DNA of 28,524 nucleotides, taken from contig DAOORM010000001.1 of NCBI GenBank assembly GCA_035389265.1, positions 1-28,524 on the forward strand, written 5' to 3'. A program made the position numbers and the translations under genes. Of this stretch, positions 7,955 to 16,095 are shown piece by piece. The DNA comes from Flavobacteriales bacterium. GTDB lineage: Bacteria > Bacteroidota > Bacteroidia > Flavobacteriales_F > PHOS-HE28. Below the pieces are notes generated by a model, which saw nothing but the letters and a program-made list of their open reading frames with translations, did not search any database and was not told the DNA's origin. Position 1 is the first letter of the stretch; each line of letters begins with the position of its first letter.

Positions 7955-8671
7955 ATGAAGGAACTTGAGGACCAGCGTTGGTTCCCAGCTATGTTGAGGA
8001 ACTACCAGACGGAGTTCATCGGATCGGTGGTGGTGTGGCTGCGGGTCTATGTGCCTGTGACGCGTAGGTTGCGCCAACGCCTGGGTAAACCCGTACCAAT
8101 GGTGGACCTGTGTTCGGGCAGTGGTGGACCGGCAATCACCATATACCGCGAAAGCGGCGCATTCTCCAGCTTGACGCTCACCGATAAGTTCCCCGGAAGC
8201 CCACAGCCACCAAATGCCCCATGGAGCTACGTGCAGGAACCGGTGGATGCACTTGACCTAGAACCCGAACGGGGGACATGCTACACCATGTTCAATGCCT
8301 TCCATCATTTCAGTGATCAGGATAAGCTGCGGATCATACGCCGCCTGCGTGACAGCGGATGCGAAGCCTGCTTCGTAGAGCTGCTTGAGCCTACGGTCCT
8401 GTGTGCGTTGAAGGTGATCCTGATGGGCACGATGGGCACCCTGCTGTTCACCCCCTTCGTTCGTCCGTTCTCGCTGGGGCGCTTGTTCTTCACCTACATC
8501 GTTCCAGTGAACGTGGTCAGCATCACCTATGATGGTGTGGTCTCCGTGCTACGTGCCCGCTCCGCGACGCGATACGCAGCCTTGTTCGCCGGCGAGGACG
8601 GAGCTGTGCAGGTCACCAGGCTGGCCGGCCGAATACTCCCTCTAACCTTGATCACCCTCCGCGCCCGATGA
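7955..8671 (+). CDS. Class I SAM-dependent methyltransferase with hydrophobic C-terminal insert (membrane-associated)
   Basis: Motif I VDLCSGSGGP, acidic end of beta2 (TLTD), DA motif, TMFNAFHHF post-II motif, and a hydrophobic segment at TVLCALKVILMGTMGTLLFTPFV...FFTYIVPV. The stop overlaps the next start (ATGA). Confidence 0.8.
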   Translation: MKELEDQRWFPAMLRNYQTEFIGSVVVWLRVYVPVTRRLRQRLGKPVPMVDLCSGSGGPAITIYRESGAFSSLTLTDKFPGSPQPPNAPWSYVQEPVDALDLEPERGTCYTMFNAFHHFSDQDKLRIIRRLRDSGCEACFVELLEPTVLCALKVILMGTMGTLLFTPFVRPFSLGRLFFTYIVPVNVVSITYDGVVSVLRARSATRYAALFAGEDGAVQVTRLAGRILPLTLITLRAR

Positions 8672-9600
8672 GACGGTTGGCTGTGCTTTGGCATTTCGCT
8701 CGACCGCACACCGTGCTGGGCAGTGCCATCAGCATTTGCACACTTTATGTGATGGTAACGCATGGCAACGCGGACCATCATGTCCTGCTGCTCGCTGCAG
8801 CGTTGGTCATGGGGATCACGTGCAACATCTTCATCGTAGGGATCAACCAGATCGCCGATGTGGAGATCGACCGCATCAACAAGCCACGATTACCACTACC
8901 CTCGGGTGACCTGACCCCTGTTCAGGCGTATTGGATCGTCGCTCTTTGTGCGCTCACCAGTCTCATTACGGCAGCATTCATCTCGCGCTACCTGCTCGGC
9001 ATCATCGCATTCTCGATCGCCATCGGTTGGGCCTATTCCATGCCTCCCCTTCACCTGAAACGGCACCACATCACAGCTGCTTTGGCTATTGCCAGTGTGC
9101 GGGGTTTGGTGGTGAACATGGGAGGCTTCCTCATCTTCAACCACTTGGTCAATGGCAGGTGGGAGTTACCGCCGGACATGCGTGTGCTCACCATGTTCAT
9201 CGTCGCCTTTTCGGTGGCCATCGCCTGGTTCAAAGACCTACCTGACATGGAGGGCGATGCGCGACATGGCATCCGGACCCTCGCCATCCTCTACTCACCC
9301 TTGACCGCGTTCTACGCTGGTCATCTGCTGATCGGGGCTGCGTATCTCTGCACCATCGGATTGGAGTTGAACAACCAGCGGATCAATGGAACCTACCTGG
9401 TCAAGGACATGGTCCTCCTCATCGGCCACGCGCTTCTTGTCGTGTTGTTCGTCGTGAACGCGTTCTCCATTCGTATGAGCGATGTAGGTTCGGTCCGAAA
9501 GTTCTACCAGCGATTCTGGTTGTTCTTCTTCGCTGAATACCTCTTGTACTTAGCGGCGTACCTGGCAACCTCCGGAACCGTCGTTCCCGGGTCGATGTGA
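8668..9600 (+). CDS. hpt: UbiA-family prenyltransferase, homogentisate phytyltransferase (Slr1736/VTE2)-like
   Basis: N-terminal F-x-RPHT, NIFIVGINQIADVEIDRINKPRLPLPSG (NQxxDxxxD), AYSMPPLHLKR, VRGLVVNMG, IAWFKDLPDMEGD (KDxxDxxGD), C-terminal FYQRFWLFFFAEYLLY; ~8-9 TM segments. Confidence 0.85.
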   Translation: MRRLAVLWHFARPHTVLGSAISICTLYVMVTHGNADHHVLLLAAALVMGITCNIFIVGINQIADVEIDRINKPRLPLPSGDLTPVQAYWIVALCALTSLITAAFISRYLLGIIAFSIAIGWAYSMPPLHLKRHHITAALAIASVRGLVVNMGGFLIFNHLVNGRWELPPDMRVLTMFIVAFSVAIAWFKDLPDMEGDARHGIRTLAILYSPLTAFYAGHLLIGAAYLCTIGLELNNQRINGTYLVKDMVLLIGHALLVVLFVVNAFSIRMSDVGSVRKFYQRFWLFFFAEYLLYLAAYLATSGTVVPGSM

Positions 9601-9955
9601 AGGCTCAGGTAGGTGCAACATCGTAGGGGGAGGTCATTCCGCGTGCATCCCTTCTTCACTGGGGCGACACAGGCTTGCTCGTGTACCGGTCCCACCGCCG
9701 ATCCATGCGGAACGCCGTTAAGGATCACACGAAGCAGATGTACCTGCATCCCCATCGAAGGACAACAGAGGATGCGCGAACATGGTGTTACGCTGTACAG
9801 AGGGATCTTGAATAGACAGCTCCGGATATCGTGAAGCGTGCACATGGCAGGCATACCTCCGCCGGGTTGAAGTTATCGAACCCGGATGACCGGCTTCTGA
9901 AATTAATGATCGAATTCAGGCGACCTGGTTCCCTGAACGAGCCCACTACTCGCGC

Positions 9956-10549
9956 TCAGGCCTCCAATTCAGAGATCAACACGCGCAGGTTGTCCACTTC
10001 GCGTCCGAAGGCCTCGCGGAACATCCAGCGCGCCAACCACGCGCAGAGCGGACTGAAAATGAGCGCCAACACACCAAGCAGGACAAGGAAACCGGGTTCG
10101 CCAAGGAGTGCGCTCAAGGGTTCATCTCCACCAGCAAGCGCACCGAGCAGGCCACCGGCTACCACACTGATCGGGTAGAAGAACCAACCAGCGCGCTGCT
10201 GCACATGCATCCACCGATCGAAGGCATCACGTTGGCGTCGCAGTTCGTCAAGGACGGTGAACTCAGCACGCACCGTAGTGTCGAGCCCACGTGCTAATAG
10301 CCATGTATCGAGCATGGACCAAAAACAGAAGGCGGTGACCAACCACAAGAGCACGATCAATGGCATGTCCTGTGCGCGAAGAGCGAGATAGCCCATAACG
10401 ATGGTAAGGATAACGCCATAAGCCATATTGATGCGCAGTGCACGTTGCAAGCGTATGAGCGGATGTCGCGATCCCCTAGTCGTGCTGAAAGGATCCAAAG
10501 GTCTTTCCTCCCGTGTGTCCGGTGCTTCCCAAATGCGTTGCAGCTCCAT
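9956..10549 (-). CDS. 4-TM membrane protein, putative anti-sigma partner of the upstream ECF
   Basis: Starts 2 nt after the ECF stop. MELQRIW N-terminus, two TM pairs flanking a cytoplasmic helix, and a C-terminal amphipathic LRVLISELEA. Confidence 0.7.
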   Translation of the reverse strand: MELQRIWEAPDTREERPLDPFSTTRGSRHPLIRLQRALRINMAYGVILTIVMGYLALRAQDMPLIVLLWLVTAFCFWSMLDTWLLARGLDTTVRAEFTVLDELRRQRDAFDRWMHVQQRAGWFFYPISVVAGGLLGALAGGDEPLSALLGEPGFLVLLGVLALIFSPLCAWLARWMFREAFGREVDNLRVLISELEA

Positions 10550-10551
10550 GG

Positions 10552-11037
10552 TCAGTGTGGGTTCAGTAGTTCCGTTAGGCGGGCCTTGATGCGGTGAAGT
10601 TTCACCGCCACATGATTCGCCGTGAGCCCGAGCATGACACCGGCCTCTGCATGATCGAAGCCATCGAGGTGAAGCACCAGCAGCGCCCGATCAGCGGATG
10701 GCAATCGACGCATAGCGGTCTGGAGGCGTTCGCGTTCGTCGTTCGCGCGTATGGGTTCATCACTTCCGGTGTCGGGCAGCTCACCTTCGGTGGTCGTGCG
10801 CACGATGGCAGGCCGGCGGTTCCAGGTCAGGGCCGTGTTCAAGGCGATGCGGTACAACCAGGTACTGAACTTGGCTTCGCCCCGGAAGCGCGACCAACCC
10901 TGCCAGGCTTGCAGCAGCATTTCCTGCTCCAGATCCTTGCGGTCATCCGGATGACCGGTGTACAAGCCCGCTATCCGGTACACGATACGGCGATGCTCGT
11001 GCACCAGCCCTAGGAAGCGCGCCTGTTCCGGATCCAT
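10552..11037 (-). CDS. ECF RNA polymerase sigma-70 factor
   Basis: Region 2: DLEQEMLLQAW...FRGEAKFSTWLYRIALNTAL. Region 4: LPSADRALLVLHLDGFDHAEAGVMLGLTANHVAVKLHRIKARL. Confidence 0.93.
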   Translation of the reverse strand: MDPEQARFLGLVHEHRRIVYRIAGLYTGHPDDRKDLEQEMLLQAWQGWSRFRGEAKFSTWLYRIALNTALTWNRRPAIVRTTTEGELPDTGSDEPIRANDERERLQTAMRRLPSADRALLVLHLDGFDHAEAGVMLGLTANHVAVKLHRIKARLTELLNPH

Positions 11038-11038
11038 C

Positions 11039-11311
11039 CTAGATGCGATCGCCCAAGCCTATGGCCCAGCCGAGCGCTGCCGCGGCCAGTCCTAGGTGCA
11101 CCAACAACCACGCGCGTTGCCACAAGGGCCGCTCGCTCCACGTGACTTGCTGGTCGAACGGATCGGCCACCAGCGCTATGCCCAGGAAGGTGATGGGGAG
11201 CGTGCGATCATCGGTCACCAGCCAGAAGACGATACCGGTGAGGGTGAAGGCGAGGTAGGCCCAACGGTTCCAGTTACGCGAGCGGGGGTCGATGGTTCGG
11301 GTGGGTTCCAT
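11039..11311 (-). CDS. Small membrane protein (90 aa), first gene of the ECF unit
   Basis: From ATG 11311: three hydrophobic segments and a DPFDQQVTWSERPLWQRAWLLVHL motif. The stop is 1 nt from the ECF start. Confidence 0.75.
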   Translation of the reverse strand: MEPTRTIDPRSRNWNRWAYLAFTLTGIVFWLVTDDRTLPITFLGIALVADPFDQQVTWSERPLWQRAWLLVHLGLAAAALGWAIGLGDRI

Positions 11312-11702
11312 GGAGATGGGTTCTATTCCATTGGTAGCACTTCCCTGTGGAACATTACAGCTTCGATCGAACAAACCGGCCACACACATGGTTCATGGCG
11401 CTCAGCGACCACGATCCAGCGCTTGGGGTGGTATGCAGCACGACTAGTGGTGCGGAATATCAGGAGCAGTCCTTGGAAAACCGCGGTCCGGATGAAATGG
11501 ACCGACCGCAACGACGTGCAAATGCGCAGCGCCCACCCTGCGCGGTGGAACTTCCGCCTCGACCTGAGCGGAAGACCGGAACCGCACGAACAGCGGACAA
11601 CATGGATACGGTAGTGCTCGCTAGTGGATCCATCTGCCTGCTTCGGGTCCGCCGTCCATCCATCCCGTTACTAGGTGACTGCGCCTCACAATAGCAGGAC
11701 CT

Positions 11703-12488
11703 TCATTCCGTACGATCCATCTCTACCCGCAGTTCATGGAGCAGTTGATCCGATGGATCCAAACGGACGAAGCCGCGTCTCGGGAACTCCAACTCCAGGA
11801 TCATCCACATGGAGAACGCCGTCGCGAGCGCGAAGGCCACCATGTGCACCATACTTCGACGAGTATGCATGCCGATGCCATAGCCGGCGATGAGAGCGCA
11901 CAACAACGCATGTAAGGCGAGCACCACATAGATCACGGCTGGCGGATGCGCACGCGTGATGGCCGCACGGGTAGTGGTCAGGTCGAACATCCGGTTCAGT
12001 GAAGGCACGAGGAGCAATTCGGCGGTGTCATCGCTCACCCGGCGAGTAGCCTTGAGCGTGCTGCTCCAGATGCTATCCTGCAACAGTTCCACACGGGCGG
12101 TCTCCAACGCGGGTGGTTCCGTGCTGTGCAGCGCGGCGTAAAGGGCGATGCGCGCCTCTACGTACTGTTCCAATCGAGATCGAAGTCGTTGGCGGTCATC
12201 ACCGTCCAAGAGGTCGGCGCGTAGGTAGGCCTCACCGATGGCATTGACCTCCTCCACCACGAGGCGCCTGCGGTGCTCCCATCGTTCCATGGCATCACCG
12301 AAAGTGAACCCGATGAGCAGGGCCAGCAAGCTGAACACGCCCGCTTCAACGGGACCGAAACTGCGGGCTTCGGTGCTTTCGCGTTGGTTACGCCGCCCCC
12401 AGCGCACCCCAAGTTCCATAGTGAGGTGGATACCGGCCAACAGGAAAAGGGCGAAGCCGGCTATGCCGATGGAGTCGATGATGATCAT
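11703..12488 (-). CDS. DUF4239 (bestrophin-like) membrane protein (261 aa)
   Basis: LLALLIGFTF...RRRLVVEEVNAIGEAYLRADLL and ILELEFPRRGFVR motifs. Start set at ATG 12488. Confidence 0.8.
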   Translation of the reverse strand: MIIIDSIGIAGFALFLLAGIHLTMELGVRWGRRNQRESTEARSFGPVEAGVFSLLALLIGFTFGDAMERWEHRRRLVVEEVNAIGEAYLRADLLDGDDRQRLRSRLEQYVEARIALYAALHSTEPPALETARVELLQDSIWSSTLKATRRVSDDTAELLLVPSLNRMFDLTTTRAAITRAHPPAVIYVVLALHALLCALIAGYGIGMHTRRSMVHMVAFALATAFSMWMILELEFPRRGFVRLDPSDQLLHELRVEMDRTE

Positions 12489-12771
12489 GCCGGACCCGGA
12501 GGTGATGTGTTGATGGCAGCACGTGAGCCACGCTGTAAGGTAGGCCGATCCTGACCCGATGGACCTGACGACTTGGTATTCGGCGATCACATGAGGATGC
12601 GAACCCTGGGCTGAAGGCTTCCATGCTCGGATGTCCACGTTCGGGATAGCAAGGGGACATCCAAAGTGAACCTGCACGCTCTGTCGCAGCGACTATGAAA
12701 CGAGCGTGGTCCTCCACCTGACCGATGCCCTTCGGACCGAATACTGTCCGGAACGGCGCTACCTTTCTGCC

Positions 12772-13572
12772 ATGCAACTGAAGATCGCCCTCGTACAATT
12801 GGACATCGCGCCGATGGATCCCTTGAAGAACCTCGCGCGGATCGAAGAATTCGCCGAGAAAGCGAAAGCAGCGGGCGCCGATCTGGTGATCTTCCCGGAA
12901 GACGCGGTATGCGGTCCGCTCGGTGGTCAGACGGCCTTCGTGGAGTATGCACCCCAATACTTGCAACGCATGCAGGCACTCGCGCATCGGTTGGCCATCG
13001 ACCTCGTACCGGGCTCTTGGACCGTGGCCGAGCACGGATTGCTTTACAATCAAACGCACTACATCAATGCCGATGGCACCTTGGCCGGCTGGTACCGCAA
13101 GGTGAACCTCTGGGATACTGAGAAGATCCACATCACACCGGGGCCGGGCGTTAGCGTATTCCCAACGCGTTTCGGTCTCACTGGACTGATCATTTGTTGG
13201 GACATCTCCTTTCCCGAGATGTTCCTGGCCATGCGCGCTCAAGGAGTGCGGTTGGTGATATCCCCCACTTACTGGTCGTTCCCGAAGAAGGCCATGCGCT
13301 CGGAGGAACTGCTGGACGACGAAGTGCTGTTGATCGATTCACTCTGCACCACACGCGCCTTCGAGAACAACATCATCTTCGCATACTGTAACGCTGCTGG
13401 TGAACTGGAGAACCCAGATGGCAGCATCGCTGTGCTCAGTGGACGCAGCCAGGTGACGCACCCGTTGGACAAGGTGCTGGTGCAGTGCGCCGACAATGCC
13501 GAGGAGATGATCGTGTGCGACGCGGCTTTGGCGCCGATACCACCGGTCGTGGCACCCCTACCTGTGGTGTGA
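12772..13572 (+). CDS. Carbon-nitrogen hydrolase (nitrilase superfamily), 266 aa
   Basis: MQLKIALVQL start; catalytic triad E (IFPED), K (YRKVNL), C (ICWD); RAFEN and SGRSQV motifs. A TACCTTTC -7-like box lies at 12760-12767. Confidence 0.9.
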   Translation: MQLKIALVQLDIAPMDPLKNLARIEEFAEKAKAAGADLVIFPEDAVCGPLGGQTAFVEYAPQYLQRMQALAHRLAIDLVPGSWTVAEHGLLYNQTHYINADGTLAGWYRKVNLWDTEKIHITPGPGVSVFPTRFGLTGLIICWDISFPEMFLAMRAQGVRLVISPTYWSFPKKAMRSEELLDDEVLLIDSLCTTRAFENNIIFAYCNAAGELENPDGSIAVLSGRSQVTHPLDKVLVQCADNAEEMIVCDAALAPIPPVVAPLPVV

Positions 13573-13687
13573 TCGCTGAGCGCCGACGGAGACACCTTGG
13601 TCGAGGCGGACTTCAAGGCGCTTGGGCGTCCCATTTTCCGTAGCGATCGTCACCGTTCGCCCCATCCACTTGGGATAACTTGCGGTC

Positions 13688-15907
13688 ATGATGCGAACCC
13701 GTACCTCTCTTGCTTTTGTGGTCGCTGGCGCGATGGCGCTGGCCACCACGGATATCACCGCGCAACTATCATTTGGTGGCCGCCCGTGGGCACAGCACGC
13801 CGAGAAGATCGGCCTTGACCAGCCACCAGTATTCGCCCTACCAGCCCTGGACCGTGCCGCCTTGTTCGCCGAGGACGAGGTACGCGCCGCAGCAGGTAAC
13901 AAGCGCATGCGTTTCGGTGTGAACCACGCCACTGACCTGAGCTTGGACAACAGTGGCGTGTGGAACACCCTGCCCAACGGCGACCGGGTATGGCGCCTTC
14001 GTGTCGAGCTGGAAGGTGCCCTGAGCATCAACTTCGAGTTCCACGAATTCGTCGTACCGGAGGGAGCCATGGTCTTCGCGTATACGCCATCGGGCGAACG
14101 CCTCGGCGGCTTCACGGCCGATAGCAATCCAGGACGCACGGAATTGGGTGTAGGCCTACTGCCCGGCGGTGTGATCACGATCGAGTACAACGAACCTGCA
14201 GCGGTTACCGGTCAAGGTCGCCTGCGCATCGGTCAGGTCACCCAAGGCTACCGCGACAGCTTCCACCTCCTGAAGGGTTTCAACGAGAGCCTCGATTGCA
14301 ACAACAACGTGATCTGCGAAGTGGGCGATCCCTGGCGCGACCAGATCCGCTCGGTGGCACGCATCGTGGTGGGAGGTGGAGACTGGTGCACCGGTCAGCT
14401 GATCAACAACTGCAACAACGACGGTACACCCTACTTCCTCACTGCCGACCACTGCCTCGAAGGCAATGTGGGTACCTGGGTCTTCGCCTTCAACTGGGAA
14501 AGCACCAACTGCGCCAATAATGTGAACACACCGATGAACGAGACGGTGAGCGGTGCGCAGCTCTTGGAGAATAACCCCGGCTCGGACATGGCCTTACTGC
14601 AACTGAACACCGCACCGCCAGCCAGCTACGAGGTGTACTACAGTGGCTGGGATGCGACCAACACGCCGCCACAGGACCCGATCGGCATCCACCACCCCAG
14701 CGGTGACCAGAAGAAGATCAGCTTGAACGAAGAGCCCGGAACAGCACAGCCATACGGTGGCGCTAGCTGCTGGCAAGTGGAAGAATGGGAGGACGGCACC
14801 ACCGAAGGGGGTAGCAGCGGCAGCGGCCTCTGGAACCAGAACGGCTTGCTCGTGGGCCAGCTTTACGGAGGAACATTCGGCTGCAACTGCACCGACTACT
14901 ACGGGCGCTTCGACGTGAGCTACCCCTTCATCGACGACATCATCGGCACCTGTGGCCCTGTACTGCTGGGCTACGACCCCAACCAGACCTCCTTCGCGGT
15001 GGATGGTTCGGTGCAATCCATCAATGGCATACCCGCCATCGTGTGCAACAGCAGCTCGGTGGCGCCGCAGGTCACCATCCGTAACGCGGGTACCGACCCG
15101 CTCACCAGCTTGGTGATCGCTTGGCAGGTGACCGGAGGCGCGAACGGACAACAGCCCTGGAATGGAAACTTGAACCCGGGTGCTACAACCACCATCACCC
15201 TGCCTGCACTGGCCGTGGGCAATGGCAGCCAGACGTTGACCGTCACCGCCAGCCAACCCAACGGCATCGCCGACCCGAACGCGTTGAACAACGTGCGAAC
15301 GGTCAATTTCACCGTAGCATCCCCAGCCACGCTCGCGGATCTGTCCATCACCTTGGATGCCTATGGATCCGAGACCACATGGGAGCTACTGGGACCCGAC
15401 AACAACGAAGTGCTCTTCAGTGGTGGCCCCTACAGCGACGGGGCCGATGGTCAGGAGGAGAACTCCGAACTCTGCCTCGCTGAAGGCTGCTACACCTTCG
15501 TGATGTTCGACGACGCGAGCGATGGCATCTGCTGCGGGTACGGCGAAGGCTTCTACAGCATCAACGCCAGCGGCACCGTTTTGGTGGATGGCGATGGTGA
15601 GTTCCAAGACATCATCGACCACGACTTCTGCATCACCAGCACCGGCCTTGTGGAGCATGCGACCACCGCAATACGCTTGCGCCCCAACCCGACATCCGGC
15701 CGCGTGGAGCTGATCCTGCCCACCGATATCGGGGCCGGCCTCGTGGAAGTGTATGATGGCACCGGACGGCGTGTGCTGCAATCGCGTACCAACGGCTTGA
15801 ACGGGGTCTCCACGTTGGACCTTACAGGTCAGGATGGAGGCATCTACCTCGTGAAGGTGATCACCGGCGAGAACACCTACACGGAGCGATTGGTGGTTCG
15901 TCCTTGA
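13688..15907 (+). CDS. T9SS-secreted lysyl-endopeptidase-like S1 serine protease with CARDB-like domain and type A CTD
   Basis: Signal peptide; triad H (LTADHC), D (SDMALLQL), S (EGGSSGSGL); propeptide-like N-terminal region; CTD RPNPTSG...VYDGTGRRV...GIYLVKV...ERLVVR. Confidence 0.88.
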   Translation: MMRTRTSLAFVVAGAMALATTDITAQLSFGGRPWAQHAEKIGLDQPPVFALPALDRAALFAEDEVRAAAGNKRMRFGVNHATDLSLDNSGVWNTLPNGDRVWRLRVELEGALSINFEFHEFVVPEGAMVFAYTPSGERLGGFTADSNPGRTELGVGLLPGGVITIEYNEPAAVTGQGRLRIGQVTQGYRDSFHLLKGFNESLDCNNNVICEVGDPWRDQIRSVARIVVGGGDWCTGQLINNCNNDGTPYFLTADHCLEGNVGTWVFAFNWESTNCANNVNTPMNETVSGAQLLENNPGSDMALLQLNTAPPASYEVYYSGWDATNTPPQDPIGIHHPSGDQKKISLNEEPGTAQPYGGASCWQVEEWEDGTTEGGSSGSGLWNQNGLLVGQLYGGTFGCNCTDYYGRFDVSYPFIDDIIGTCGPVLLGYDPNQTSFAVDGSVQSINGIPAIVCNSSSVAPQVTIRNAGTDPLTSLVIAWQVTGGANGQQPWNGNLNPGATTTITLPALAVGNGSQTLTVTASQPNGIADPNALNNVRTVNFTVASPATLADLSITLDAYGSETTWELLGPDNNEVLFSGGPYSDGADGQEENSELCLAEGCYTFVMFDDASDGICCGYGEGFYSINASGTVLVDGDGEFQDIIDHDFCITSTGLVEHATTAIRLRPNPTSGRVELILPTDIGAGLVEVYDGTGRRVLQSRTNGLNGVSTLDLTGQDGGIYLVKVITGENTYTERLVVRP

Positions 15908-15926
15908 TAGACCGCGACGAACTAGA

Positions 15927-15956
15927 ACGAACGCCCGGAACTGACCGGGCGTTCGT
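15927..15956 (+). terminator. Stem-loop after the protease gene, probable intrinsic terminator
   Basis: Perfect 12-bp inverted repeat ACGAACGCCCGG / CCGGGCGTTCGT with a 6-nt loop, 19 nt after the stop. The U-tract is weak. Confidence 0.6.
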
Positions 15957-16072
15957 GTTGTAGGAAGTACCGCTAAGCGGTAGCAAGCCCGTACGTGCAA
16001 CAGAGTGAATCGCTACGAACAGGACCGTGATGGTTGTGATGGGGGAGATGTTGCACGGCAGCCGCGCCCACC

Positions 16073-16080
16073 TACTTTTG
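16073..16080 (+). promoter_or_regulatory. Bacteroidota -7 box (TACTTTTG) with TTG -33 element at 16051
   Basis: Exact TAnnTTTG match, 19-bp spacing from the TTG, 15 nt before ATG 16096. Confidence 0.7.
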
Positions 16081-16095
16081 ATGCAAACACCAACC

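Noticed and set aside
7955-9600. Calling this a complete tocopherol biosynthesis cluster
   Set aside because: No tocopherol cyclase, hppD or canonical VTE3/VTE4 methyltransferase is visible in the window. Only the prenyltransferase step is well supported.
9601-9955. Coding or structured RNA in the gap between the convergent hpt-like and anti-sigma genes
   Set aside because: The ORFs are Cys/Arg-rich and non-protein-like. The only structure is a short CCGGGTT/AACCCGG hairpin, with no riboswitch or sRNA signature I can recognise.
11347-11694. 115-aa plus-strand ORF between the ECF unit and DUF4239
   Set aside because: Low-complexity R/P-rich translation, no motif, and it overlaps the ECF-unit promoter region.
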